Source of the DNA: Antedon mediterranea
Taxonomy: Eukaryota; Animalia; Echinodermata
Direction of reading: 5' to 3'
NCBI RefSeq assembly: GCF_964355755.1
Contig: NC_092678.1
Location: 11,964,352 to 12,028,351 of the forward strand
DNA length: 64,000 bases
This document shows positions 12,179-24,270 of this stretch, piece after piece (the first letter of the stretch is position 1; every line of letters begins with the position of its first letter). The notes under the pieces are model-generated. The model had not been told where the DNA came from. It saw only the letters and a program-made list of their open reading frames with translations, and made no database searches. Both the position numbers and the translations under genes were made by a program.

Positions 12179-12327
12179 AAATCAAAATGCACTTTAAAAG
12201 GAACTTGAAATCAAAATGCACTTTAAAAGGAACTTGAAATAAATGCACTTTAAAAGGAACTTGAAATCAAAATTCACTTTAAAAGGAACTTGAAATATAT
12301 GCACTTTAAAAGGAACTTGAAATCAAA
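12179..12327 (+). repeat. ~29-bp tandem repeat x5 in the Gypsy 3' UTR
   Basis: AAATCAAAATGCACTTTAAAAGGAACTTG repeated. Confidence 0.9.
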
Positions 12328-12424
12328 CACTGACAGTGAACTAAAATGTAACTGCCTCCCTTGGGAAGACCAGTCCGAGAATAGTCAGGGGGGCATAAAA
12401 CAAAGAAAATAAAACGAGGAGGAT

Positions 12425-12650
12425 TGTAGTGCCTGGCGATTGGCTAGTGGTTACGTCATCTATACCCCCCGAATCCGGCCCTGGGACTGGCCAGTGGCGA
12501 GATACGTCACGACCAGCCCCAGGCGTTGAATGTGCGAGAGACAAGAGTCAATCTCTTGTAAAGCAGACACAACCAAAGGAAGACATAAAACTATACATAC
12601 CCATCGTAGGACAGTACCAAGACCTGTTTAGGTGAGTACGAACTTAATTG
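12425..12650 (+). repeat. Gypsy 3' LTR (start clear, end uncertain), preceded by a polypurine tract
   Basis: AAAACGAGGAGGAT followed by TGTAGTGCC at 12425. The same 5' end recurs at 48934. Confidence 0.65.
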
Positions 12651-14222
12651 TCCTCCTAGGTTAATAAGTAATATATATAGATAGTCTCTTTACCTAGCCT
12701 ACGCCTAGAGGAGGAGGCGGCCTAAACTAGCCTAGGCTAGTTTAGGCGGTGTAGGTGCCAGGGCCTCCGATCCTACTTACTAATACTACTAGGCCTAGGC
12801 TAGTCACTAATGGCTTGTATAATTTATTAACAGCTAGGGCCTAACTTATAACTAGGCCTAGGCCTACTTAGCTGTAAAAATATTATATTCTCCACCAAAA
12901 TATTTACAATTTTATTTAACAGGAGCTGTTAAATAAAGAGCTTGGACTGGGTCAGAAAGAAAATAGGTAAGTCGTCATTTAAAATGATCAATTATTCGAT
13001 CGATTATCGATTATTTTCGTTAATATTAATAATGAATGTTAAAAACACTGAATGGTCTATTAGTATTATGAAAATGAAAATAGTTGAAATCATATCATAA
13101 CTTTTATTTCTTTATAGCAAAAAAACCATAAGGTATTGCGCAGCAACGGACATAATGCTGCTGAAGGAGGTCCTGTCACTAAACCCTTATGAAAATGGAG
13201 AAAAATGGAACGATGTGGCTTCAAATTTCAATGTTGCCCTCAAGGTGTTGTCCATCCACCTTGCAGGTAAACACAAGATCAGTTAAAGAGAGGGTTGAAA
13301 AGCTCTTAAGGATATTTAAGTCGCAGCAGTTAGAATCACTAAGAAAGTAAGTGTATTTATGAATTCTTAGTTAACATAACTATTTGGAAACAAAAAGTAA
13401 AAATGAGGTATGTAAGCTTTTCTAATGTCTACAAAATAAGGACATCTGCATAAAAAAAGGTAATAATACTTTTCACCCACTGTGCTAAATAAATAATATG
13501 TATGTATAAAGTTTTCATTAACCTGCTTTTAAATTACCAGAAACTAGATGGTACGCTCGCTTCGCTCGCGTACCATCTAGGTCGTGTCCACAGATGGATG
13601 TTGAGGGCGTGAAACAACGGTTGGTTTTTAAAATTTTCTAATACTGCTGCTCTAAAAACATCGAAAAATCTCAGTTCTTAACCAACGGATTTTTAATATA
13701 GATAGCACTGAAGACATACGAAAACTGCTGAACTTAAATAAACCTGCATCGGAGTTGAAATCTGTGTTGAAACTTGGTTTTTCAAATTGATCATCAGGTA
13801 GGCTCCAGTCAGTGTATTGTAACGCTAAGCCGTTACGTTGGTCCCCCACGAAAACCGATCGTATAGTAGGTTACTCAAATAAATTGAATCGACCATTCTA
13901 TAATTTCCGTCTACTTTAATATTTGACATTAAACTTTTTTGTAAAGAATCAACTTATCAACGATCGTGAAGATCTCGACCATAGTTACAAGAAATATCAA
14001 AGTTTAATATCTCTGTTAGCTGTTTTTACAAATTTAAACTGATTTTACTGAGAAGATTGACACGTATTTTTAGCGCCTTTTGTCAGATCAAAGGAATCGC
14101 CGCCCAGTGCAAGCTATTACGCAACACTGAAAGGACTGTCAAGATCTTTTGTTTTCTTTTGTTTTTGGTCTTCACGCTTGATCGACTCTCGGTTTACAAT
14201 AGCTTTTTGATACGACTAGGCG

Positions 14223-15860
14223 ATGGCTGATAAGAAACAGAAAAAGAAAAACGAAAAAAAGAAGATATACAAATGCCAAGCTAATACAAATGGTATACAT
14301 ATGGAAAAAGAAATGGAGAGGATCGACATATCTGATTCTCCCCCGACACTAACAAAAATGGATTCTAAGCCAAACCCACAAACTGCTTGTTCTCCGCCAA
14401 CCTTATTGAGAATCTGTGATGAATTCCCTCCAATGAATGAGCAACATCCTGGAACCTTTGATAAAAGGTTTAACGATATTATTGTCAACTATATGGAAGA
14501 AAACTATGAGCTTAAGCTACAAATTGTAAGAACAGAAAATGAAAATCTCAGAACAGAAAACAAATCACTAAAATCTGAGGTTGAGTCTCTGAAACAAAGG
14601 CATCTAAAAATACACTGCCCCAAAAAAAATGATGACATTTCTAAAATTAGAGCTGAGATCGACAAATCTAATAAAAGAATGAAAAAATTGGAGAAGGAAA
14701 ACAAAAATCTGAAACTTGACTTTGAGTCTTGGAAGTTATGGGAAAAACGGACAATGAACAAAGAAGAACAAATAAAGACATTACGTCAACAAGTTACAGA
14801 AACGGAGCGTAGCTTATCCATAGCTAAAGACGAAATATATGAACTAAAAAGAACGCAAATTGCCATCGACACCTCAGATTTTGAACTACAACGTAGGACG
14901 AGAAAACAAATAATGGAAAGTCACACAAGTTCTACGACAACGCAAACAAGGAAAGTTTCTTCTAACACAAACGATTCTATTACACAAACTGAACAATTGA
15001 TTGATAATCTGTTTGAGGAGCTTACCAACAGGCAGCCATCTTCTACTCCTTCAAAACTGACCAAATCAAAATCATCTGCGTCTGCTGCATACCAGGATCA
15101 ACTAAGCCAATATAGAAACAAACACAAACAGATACACTCTGATACAGCTTTAGATAAAAAAATCTTGATTATTGGAGATTCGATGATAAAACAGTTTAAA
15201 CCAAAACGACTTAGCAGGTCAACAAATCTGAACGTAATCTGTCAGACAATGAGAGGCGCGAAAATTGATGACATTGCACACAAGGCAGCAGTACTGTCAA
15301 CAGAACATAATGTGGATAGAATTATTCTACACGCGGGAACTAATAACTCCTCAGATGACCCAGCCACTATTGCAGTAAAAATATCATCTCTCGGAGAATC
15401 TTTACAACCGAGAAGAGTAACAATCTCCTCGATAATTCATCGAAAACATGAATCTCTTACAGAATCTAAGCGTATAAACGATGCCAATGACAAGATACGA
15501 GCAGTTGCTAGACAGCGAAATTGGGGCTTTATTGACAATAGTTGTATCATGTCAAAACACCTGTCTTCGGATGGAACTCACCTAAACCAAATTGGAGTTG
15601 GGTCATTTGCCAAAAATGTTATAAACCACATAAATGGAAATTCGTGCGACGAATCTTTGTCTGTACCTGTGCCTGACATACACAAGCCACAGTCGTCGAT
15701 TTTTCATCGTGCGAATATGTATCAACGACAAACGGAAGCAAATCGTCCATTGGAGAATCATCAATTTCTACAAATAAAACCCCACAGAGACCAAATACAC
15801 CAAGAGTGGAGCCAGTACCTGGACACAGTCCGCCGACTGCAAAAGGACACAGCGCCATAA
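14223..15860 (+). CDS. LINE ORF1p: coiled coil plus SGNH/GDSL esterase
   Basis: 545-aa open ORF with a heptad region, then blocks IIGDSM, RGA, HAGTNN and DGTHLN. Confidence 0.9.
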   Translation: MADKKQKKKNEKKKIYKCQANTNGIHMEKEMERIDISDSPPTLTKMDSKPNPQTACSPPTLLRICDEFPPMNEQHPGTFDKRFNDIIVNYMEENYELKLQIVRTENENLRTENKSLKSEVESLKQRHLKIHCPKKNDDISKIRAEIDKSNKRMKKLEKENKNLKLDFESWKLWEKRTMNKEEQIKTLRQQVTETERSLSIAKDEIYELKRTQIAIDTSDFELQRRTRKQIMESHTSSTTTQTRKVSSNTNDSITQTEQLIDNLFEELTNRQPSSTPSKLTKSKSSASAAYQDQLSQYRNKHKQIHSDTALDKKILIIGDSMIKQFKPKRLSRSTNLNVICQTMRGAKIDDIAHKAAVLSTEHNVDRIILHAGTNNSSDDPATIAVKISSLGESLQPRRVTISSIIHRKHESLTESKRINDANDKIRAVARQRNWGFIDNSCIMSKHLSSDGTHLNQIGVGSFAKNVINHINGNSCDESLSVPVPDIHKPQSSIFHRANMYQRQTEANRPLENHQFLQIKPHRDQIHQEWSQYLDTVRRLQKDTAP

Positions 15861-18800
15861 GTACTCATTTTTCTAAATTAAAATTATGTGTACTTAATGC
15901 TCGATCCACGCAACGCAAAGCCTCAAGAAAAGGAGTGGAGCAAGTATCTGGAAATGGTGAGATGAGTACTAAATCCACAGAAAAGTATAGGTCTAAAGAA
16001 AAAGCACATCTTAATTTTGGCGTTCTAAATACACGTTCACTGCGTAACAAGTGTGATGAATTTGTGGACTTAGTTGTTAGCTATAATCTAGATGTAGTGG
16101 CGGTGTCTGAAACCTGGTTAAGACCAGACGATGATCTTGTGATTGGAGATTTAACTCCACTAGGATATCGCTTTGTGCATGTCCCTAGGGTGGACAAAAC
16201 TGGGGGTGGTGTTGGAATTCTGTCTAAGTCAAGCTTAGTTGTTAACTTGAAAACGGATGTACATACATATGCATCATTTGAGGCTATACATGTGCATATT
16301 ACGTCTAACTCGAAATCTCTTCGTTTAGTTAACATATATCGACCACCAACCTTGTCTGTTACAGAGTTCCTAAATGATTTTGAAAAAATGTTGTTTGACT
16401 TTATTCTCTTTTCGTCTGAAATTGTTTTCTGCGGAGACTTTAATATCCATATGGATAATAAAAAAAATGTGGCAGCGGATAGATTTAAAACACTGCTTAG
16501 ATCGTTTGGTCTCCAGCAGCATATAAATAAACCCACACACTGTAGTGGGCACTGCCTCGACCTTATCATCACTAGAGATGATCTACTGCTCTCGGATGTA
16601 AAGATACACCCTGGCCTGTCAGATCATTTTGCCATATTTTGCAAGTTTGATCTTAAACGGCCCACAACACACAAAACTGTAAGAAAAAGTCGCAACCTAA
16701 AACAAATTGATATTGAGAAATTCACAAATGACATTAAAGCCTGTGTGTCTAATATAACCGATGTAAGTGTAATTCTTGAAGACAGTGTAGAAAGCTATTC
16801 TGATCTCAGAGCTGTACTTGATTTACATGCGCCAGTTCAGAACAAAACAATTAGGCAAAAGGAAGCTAAACCGTGGTATACCGATGAAATTCGATCTGAA
16901 AGGAAAGTACGTCGTCAACTTGAACGTAAATGGATGAAATCAAAGCTTCTTAAGGATAGACAGGAATACTGTGTTCAAAGATGCGTTGTAAATGGACTGA
17001 TTGAAAAGGCCAAGACGCGGTATTACTCTAGTCTGGTTAGTGACTGCACAGGTGATCAAAAGAAACTTTTCAATATAGTAAATAAACTTTTACATCACTC
17101 CAAGTCATCGGTCCTTCCTTCGTCTGTCTCCGATGAAGCTCTTGCTGAAAGATTTTCTGTGTTTTTTGTAAATAAAATTAAATCAATTCGTGATTCACTA
17201 GAAAATGAAAATACTGCCGAAGTTATAACTGCTTCTGATAAATATAATATATCTTATGGTTTAACTAGGTCTATACGGTTTTCTCAGTTCGAACCTGCAA
17301 GTGATGAGGAAATTTTAAAAATTGTCAAAAATTCTCCCTCTAAATCGTGTGCACTTGACCCGGTACCAACTTCACTGATTAAGAAATGTACTTCTGCATT
17401 TATTCCATTAATCACACATATTGTTAATAAGTCTCTTGAAAGTGGTTCTTTCCCAGAGTCTCTAAAAGTCACCCATGTTCGACCCACATTGAAAAAAACA
17501 GGTCTAGATCCCGAGATTCTGAAAAACTACAGACCTATCTCGAATCTTAGTTTTTTAGGAAAAATAATTGAGAAGGTTGTTTCTAAACGGATTTTGTCAC
17601 ATGTACAAAAACATGGCCTACTTGATCCGTATCAATCTGCCTACAAAGCGCATCACAGTACTGAAACGGCATTACTTCGTGTAAATAATGACATCCTACG
17701 TGGGATGGATGATGGAAAGCTAACTGCTCTAGTATTATTAGACTTAAGTGCAGCATTTGATACGGTTGATCATTCTGTGTTGCTAAATAGACTCAGTACG
17801 TATGGAAGGAAATGCACTTGATTGGTGTCGGTCATATTTGGAAAAACGACCTCAACATGTATGTATTGGTGATGCTATTTCAAAAGCTTCTTTTCTAAAT
17901 TTTTCGGTACCACAAGGATCTGTTCTTGGGCCGCAATGGTTTACTATTTATTTACACCCGATACGGGATATCATAAGTAAATATGATCTGTGCTATCATG
18001 TTTATGCTGATGATACTCAGATTTATATTTCTTTTAAACCTACTATGAAACACAGTGACATTTCTTTGGAATTGCTCCAACATTGTATCTATGAATTGCG
18101 TGTCTGGATGAAAAACAACTTTCTTAAATTAAATGATGAAAAAACAGAATTTGTTCTCTTTGGATCAAAACAGCAGTTGGAAAAACTGCCACCAAGCTTT
18201 ATTCACATTGGTGAAACCCAAATTGACCCGGCTAGGCAGGTTAGAAATCTTGGGGTTGAAATGGATGTGGGTATGACTATGATTTCTCATATCTCAAAAA
18301 CTATTTCTGCGTCGTCTTTTCACTTGCGAAACATTCGAAGGATTCGCAAGTTTATAAATGAGACAGCAGCTAAACAACTTGTTCATGCTTTTGTCACTTC
18401 ACGACTAGATATGGGAAACTCTTTGCTATACGGGCTACCACAAAAACAACTCCACAGGCTCCAACTGATTCAAAATACAGCGGCACGAGTTGTTAAAAAA
18501 TTACCAAGATATGGACACATATCAAATACTTTGGAAATATTGCATTGGCTCCCTGTTAGGTACCGCATTGTTTTTAAAATATTACTCTTTGTTTTTAAGT
18601 CTATAAATGGCATGGCTCCTGAGTATATTTCTGACATGCTTAGGCTGTATGTTCCCGGACGTAATCTGCGTTCTAGTGACTCGCTGCTTCTACATCAGCC
18701 TAAGTCTCACCACTCATGGGGTGACAGAGCATTCTCCGTTACTGCTCCTCGTCTGTGGAATGCTCTACCGAGCTCTATAAGATTTTGCAAAACTGTTGAT

Positions 18801-18866
18801 ACTTTTAAAAAATTATTAAAAACACATTTATTCATTAAGGCATATGGAAATCATGAGGTTTCTTAA
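15806..18866 (+). pseudogene. LINE ORF2p (APE endonuclease and RT) with one frameshift near 17800
   Basis: LNTRSL, SETW, GGGVG, IYRPP, GDFN, SDH; NYRPISNL, LDLSAAFDTVDH, VPQGSVLGP, YADDTQIY, LHWLPV. Split between ORFs 15806-17821 and 17802-18866. Confidence 0.93.
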
Positions 18867-19910
18867 AGTTTTTTAGACTTAGAATTGTTTTGTATACCTT
18901 TTCCTGGCCAGCATTATCTTTGGGGTGCCTCTGTCTTGGTTGTTGTCTCTGAGCACCCGGTCGTCTGTGGCAAGGCAAATGTGTATCCTGCTCCTTTGTT
19001 TGGTCACCTAGGTAGGGGTCCGGGACCGCGACAGAACGACAACGGATGGGGACCCTCCAAAGAAATTGCATTTTTTTTTTTCAGGAATTTGTATGATTTA
19101 TTTCTTTTTTATTTTTAAATGCGCCTTGAGCACTCTGGAGTGGTATGTGCGCTATAAAAATCTTATTATTATTATTATTATTATGGTTCTCGAATACACA
19201 GTAATTTCAGCGTAACAAAACTGGCGATTTCAAATTAGCACCCTGGGAATTACTTCCGAAGGAGAAACTTATCACAAAATGAGTCCAAATTTTTGATTTG
19301 GACTCATTTAAAGAAACCCAATTTGTGTTTTGTATGTAACATTAGGGTTGAGGGATGGGAAAGCGGATAGGTACAAAGAGGAACAATTTTTAAATATATT
19401 CTTTATCCACTCAGTAACGAAATATTTTTTTCATGTTTTATAGGCCTATAAATAATATACCTCTAAATACAGTAAAACATTTGCGATTTAATACTTTGTT
19501 AAAACTGTCACTGTCATAATCGATTGAAATATTAAAGTACATGTCACGATACACCACTACGACGTATATTATTGGTAATTATTAATTAATACAAACGTTG
19601 AGAAGGAACTGTCAGTATAAAGTTTATTTGTATATAATAATGTGTTTATATATTTAACAGTAGAGCCTAACCAAAATCTCAGTAATAAAGTTTATTTGTA
19701 TTTATTTTTATATTACATCTAACAGTACGAACATTCACAGTAAGAAATGTTCGATTCAAATGAGGACCAAAAATAGTTAATAGGTATTTACAGTATATTG
19801 TCAAAGTATTGCTTTATTCTCAAAGGGCCCATATATTTACCTACCATATGTGTTAAACCAAGGGCTCATAAATTTACCTACTTGTGTTAAACCAAACTCT
19901 GGCAGACTGA

Positions 19911-20760
19911 GGGTATGTTCAGACTCACGGAGTTACGGTGGAGTTATGTACGCGGCGTACATATTTTTGTGTCTGAACCATGCCGCGGATTAGCGTTAGT
20001 GAGCTGTTACTCCGCGCCAGTGGCGTTAATAACTCCAGCGGGAGAGGGTAGATTTCATAAGGCTAATCCATTGATGCATCAGTGGTTTCAACCTCCGGAC
20101 AACGTCAGCCAATGAAAAGACACGACCGCAATTAGCAGCAGTCTATTCGCACGGTTTTTTTTAATAGCAAAACAATATAGCCTATTTCTCGAGCTAGCCT
20201 AGATCAACAGCAACATTCGAATTAAAATGAAACGCATTACATGGAAAAGTACAGAAGTGGCTGATTTGATTTCATTATGGGGCCCTGAATTTATAGACAA
20301 GATAGAAATTAGAAATTGGAAAGCTAGCGCCGGCAACAAGATGGCTGTTTTTAAAGAAATTGCATCTAAACTGCAAAATCTTGGTCACAGCCAAAAAGAG
20401 GGACACCACGTCCAGATCAAAATAAAAGGCCTCAGAGCTGCATTCAAGGCAGCTAAGGACAAAACAAACAAGTCCGGTGCTGAGACTGAAGAGATAGAAT
20501 TCGAACATTACGATGCATTGAATGCTATACTGGGAGGCGTCCCAGTATAAACCCAGCCCCACTTTCTATTGGGGACTCGTTTGCCCCGAATGAGGTAAAT
20601 TGTCGCTCTAATTAATTAAAATCATACAAATAATGGCAAAGTCATTGTCCGTGTAATAATTATGTTCGAAATTACTATCTTCTGTAAGGATTTGCAAAAA
20701 AATCGGCAAAAAAAACATTGCATTTGAAGGTAACATTGTATTATAATGCTAGGCCTAGCT
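19911..20760 (+). mobile_element. PIF/Harbinger fragment (left TIR plus trihelix/Myb gene)
   Basis: TGA then GGGTATGTTCAGACT. Absent from the homologous Helitron copy near 22200 and contains the Myb ORF. Confidence 0.6.
20227..20550 (+). CDS. Myb/SANT trihelix (Myb_DNA-bind_4-like) protein fragment
   Basis: WKSTEVADLISLW...VFKEIASKLQNLGH...VQIKIKGLRAAFKAAKDKTNKSG...FEHYDALNAILG. Confidence 0.8.
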   Translation: MKRITWKSTEVADLISLWGPEFIDKIEIRNWKASAGNKMAVFKEIASKLQNLGHSQKEGHHVQIKIKGLRAAFKAAKDKTNKSGAETEEIEFEHYDALNAILGGVPV

Positions 20761-21743
20761 AGTGTTGTAATGTTCCATTCATCGCAAATCAATACATTTG
20801 TATAATCGTATATTAAATCTATCAAAATAGTATTTTTTAAAGAAAATCGGCCTGTCTTCAACATTATGATGCTGTACTCTAGCTGTTCAACCAGTTTTCA
20901 GCTATTAAAAACAATTATCGTAGGAGGAGATAGGAAAATGCGAAGCCTCCTCGCATTTTTGTGGCGGGTATTTTTCAAGATGGACATCCATTAGACAGTG
21001 TATAGCACAATCGGAAAACACCCCTATTTGGGGCAAATCGTTGAACCTAAATTCGTTTTAATCGTCAATAACTAATTATCTAGCTTAATTTAATTAGTAA
21101 ACAGGGTTACATCAGGTGGTTAAAATCAGTACCGAAAGTACGAACCAACTTTGTATACCATCGAGTAAAAATTCTAGAAGTAAGGTGTGATTTACCGAAT
21201 TTTGCCCTTACGTAAATTTATATATAGATTCAATGTAATTTTGCAGATCGGTATGTGCTGAAGAATATTCGGAGAGAGAACAGCTGTTAACAGAACTAAC
21301 TACCCTGAAGGAAGAGAGCCAGAAGCCACAAATCAAGCAAAATACTAAATCAGGTGTTGTTTGAATCAGGTTTAGAAATTAGAAAAAGAGCCAGTAAATA
21401 GAGGTTAGTTACTCTATATATATAAAGTTAAAGTAATTATAAACTTTAACTCTTTGAAAACAAGCATGAACATTTTACCCTGGGTGGTGGTTGATTGGTC
21501 CCATATTTTATATTCTAAAATATATCATGACAAATTATGTCATAAAACTGAAAACCCAGACTTTTTTCCAAAACATCTTCAGAAAGGGTTAATTAAGTTA
21601 ATATTGTTGGAGGTTAGAAGGCAAGAGCTGCAGTTGCAGAGGGAGGAGGCGGTTTTCAGAAGAGAGTAAGAAAAAGAAGAGAGGGACGCACTAATATAGT
21701 GTTTGAAGGCATTTGCCAATAAATAATTTATTTATTCTCACTA

Positions 21744-22400
21744 TCTATATATAGATTTACGTAAGGGCAAAATTCGGTATATCGCGCGTTATTTCTAGAA
21801 TGTTTACTCGATGGTATATAAAGTTGGTTAGAATCTCGGTACTGATTTTAACCACCTGATGTAACCCTGTTTACTAATTAAATTTAGTTAGATAATTAGT
21901 TATTGACGATTTGCCCCAAATAGGGGTGTTTTCCGATCTTGGTATACACTGTCTAATGGATGTTCTCATGAAAAAATACCTGCACACAATAAACGAGGAT
22001 ACTTCGCATTTTCCTATCTCCTCTTACGATAATTGTTTTTAATAGCTGAAAACCGGTAGAACAGCTCGAGTACAGTATCATAATGTTGAAGACAGTATCT
22101 ATCAAAATAGTACTTTTTTAAAGAAAATCGGCCTATTTTGATAGATTTAATATACGTTTATACAAATGTATTGATTTGCGATGAATGGAACATTCCAATC
22201 TATCAGACTCCCAGTTTGTAGATAAATTTATGAGCCCATGGTTTAACACAAGTAGGTAAATTTATGGGCCCTTGGAGAATAAAAAATATTGCAATACTTT
22301 GACAATATTGTAAATACTGTACATATTAACCATTTTGTTTGCCATTTGAATCAAAATTGTCTTACTGTGAATGTGGTTACTGTTAGATATACTGTATAAA
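21744..22400 (+). mobile_element. Second, 3'-truncated copy of the non-autonomous Helitron, inverted relative to the first
   Basis: Starts A|TCTATATATAGATTTACGTAAGGGC. Diverged reverse complement of 20768-21228 plus ~19715-19910. Confidence 0.85.
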
Positions 22401-22424
22401 AAAAATATCCGAGATAGCAAAAGC

Positions 22425-23346
22425 TCTCTATTGTCAACTATTCGGCCACGTGTACTATTGAGGAAGCTGATGACAATGAATGTAAATCCTTATTTATGTT
22501 CATGGATAAGCAATTTTGTTACAGGTAGAAGTCAACGAGTTAAGGTTAACAATTTTAATTCGAATTATATTGACTCTAATACTGGAACACCGCAAGGATG
22601 TGTGTTATCCCCACATTTATTTTCAATATATGTTAGTGATTTAAGATGTAATGTTAATTGATGTAACATTATCAAGTTTGCGGATGACATGTGTTTGACT
22701 GGTCTTATGATAGAAGGAGATGAATTTGCATATAGAGAAGAAGTATCAAGGGTTTTAGATTGGTGTAATACTAATTATTTGTCTAAAAAACCAAAGAGCT
22801 TATATTTGACTTCATAAAAAATGTTAATCACATTCCGCTTGTTATTGACGGAAATTATGTTGAAAATCCAGAGTCTCATAAATATTTAGGGGTTTGGATA
22901 GATACGAATCTAAGTTGGGATACACATACGTGCAAAGTGTATGCTAAAGGTGTTCAACGACTGTATTCCTTAAGGAAGTTGAAACAATATAATATAGGCC
23001 GTGATTCTTATAAACAACAATTGCAGTTAAAAAAAATAGACATAAATTTTCATTCTTACCTAGCGCTATTAGACTATACAACAATGAGTTGTCATTCTTA
23101 CCTAGCGCTATTAGACTATACAACAATGAGTTGTCATTCTTACCTAGCGCTATTAGACTATACAACAATGAGTTTCAAAGATAAGTCATTAGGTCTGTTG
23201 TATTTTATATTGCTGATCAGTTGTTTTTGTTAGTTCCAAGTTGATCACGAATGTAAATATTATGTGTGTATTGTTTTGCTTGTGTTTTTCTGCCAAGAAA
23301 ACAATTATCATTATACTATGTATGAATGACTTAATAAATCTAATCT
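22425..23346 (+). pseudogene. Rex1/Babar-like LINE RT 3' fragment
   Basis: WISNFVTGRSQRV, NTGTPQGCVLSPHLFSIY, KFADD, KTKELIFDF, KYLGVWID, QRLYSLRKL, SFLPSAIRLYN. Tail AATAAATCTAATCT. Confidence 0.85.
23050..23174 (+). repeat. 42-bp tandem repeat x3
   Basis: TCATTCTTACCTAGCGCTATTAGACTATACAACAATGAGTTG at 23050, 23092 and 23134. Confidence 0.95.
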
Positions 23347-23349
23347 GAT

Positions 23350-24267
23350 GGGCAGGTGTTTCCAACCTTGGCAGTTTTCCATTGCTTTCAAAAATGGCAA
23401 AGGCACTAATGACATGTTTTCATGGACCGTCAGTTGAGGGATCTTTCAACATAATGGGGGAAATCCTGGATGGAAGTCTGCAAGGACTAAAATTGATACT
23501 TACTCAGCCGTGCGGACTGTAAAATACACACTACGAGCCAGTGAGCAGACTGCGTTACAGATAATTAAAAGACAAGATATTCGCCACAATCCAGTCAATG
23601 CAAAGATGTGTCAAAATATCAGATCTGCTCACAATCATTACAATGAAGATTTTGCTAAAAATAGGAAGGTGTTGAATGCAAAACGAGCGAAATTAGCGGC
23701 TCCACAAGCTGTAGAGAGCAAGGTTATAGTTACGCATGTCCCCGGCGCAATTGACTGCTGCAAACCCACAAAAGGTGTCAGAAGTTAAGATTAGAGGAGG
23801 AGGAGGTTGCAAAAGAACAGAAACGTTTAATTGGGGTAGAGTGGCAAGAGTAAGCACATAATGGTTGGCAATGGCATGTTTTGTAAACATAATGTACTTT
23901 GTAAAATACTGTAAACTATTAAAAATGTTTGGAAATTAAAAGTTAATCTTAAGAAATCTTAAGTTGATGACGTCTTTCTGATATTCAATGATGATGTTCA
24001 CAAAATAAAGCATTTGTGCCCTCTACAATTGTAAAAACTCCAGGTGCTGTTCTCATCTGTCATTATAAAGTAAAAACAAGTTAACGAAGAACATTTCCTC
24101 TTTAATAAAGAGGGTATATATAAATTCTCAATGGACATTTTCTTGCTTCATAACCTCCATGATCTGCATGTTCATATAATCAATTAATTGTGTCTGTAAA
24201 ACCTTAAAAACCTCCTAGGCGGCCCCTGGCCCCCAGCCTAATTGTATTTTCCTCCTTCTCATCCCTG
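23350..24267 (+). mobile_element. hAT-like element 3' part (transposase C-terminus and right TIR)
   Basis: KALMTCFHGPSVEGSFNIMGEILD..TYSAVRTVKY (catalytic Glu region). Ends CATCCCTG, i.e. a CAGGGATG TIR. Confidence 0.65.
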
Positions 24268-24270
24268 TTT

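Larger units (their letters stand above)
13900..19184 (+). mobile_element. Near full-length L2-clade LINE with esterase ORF1 (5' boundary approximate)
   Basis: ORF1 plus ORF2, 3' motif GCGCCTTGAG...GCGCTATAAAAA and an (ATT)n tail at 19163-19184. Confidence 0.9.
13544..21228 (-). mobile_element. Non-autonomous Helitron in the Myb-gene intron, containing nested insertions
   Basis: Minus-strand 5' end TCTATATA at 21228. The 3' end has the hairpin CTAGATGGTACGC..GCGTACCATCTAG and ends CTAG at 13544. Inserted between A and T with no TSD. Confidence 0.8.
13118..21726 (+). pseudogene. Spliced Myb/SANT-like gene of PIF/Harbinger type (exons 13118-13346, 21247-~21355, tail ~21605-21726)
   Basis: DIMLLKEVLSLNPYENGEKWNDVA..RSVKERVEKLL..LESLRK|GTAAGT splices in phase to TTGCAG|SVCAEEYSEREQLLTEL, followed by a coiled coil (RRQELQLQREE). 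Confidence 0.7.

Noticed and set aside
2221-12650. One Gypsy element bounded by LTRs at 2221 and 12425
   Set aside because: The two LTRs share only TGTAGTG, so gag and pol belong to different elements.
12690-12870. Clusters of TAGGCCTA/CTAG palindromes as a regulatory array
   Set aside because: The motif is scattered through the whole window (e.g. 25140-25390, 48780-48930) with no regular spacing and looks like a genome-wide low-complexity bias.
17795-17825. Programmed frameshift in LINE ORF2
   Set aside because: No slippery heptamer is present and residues of the usual G-I-x-G motif are missing, so a small deletion is the simpler explanation.
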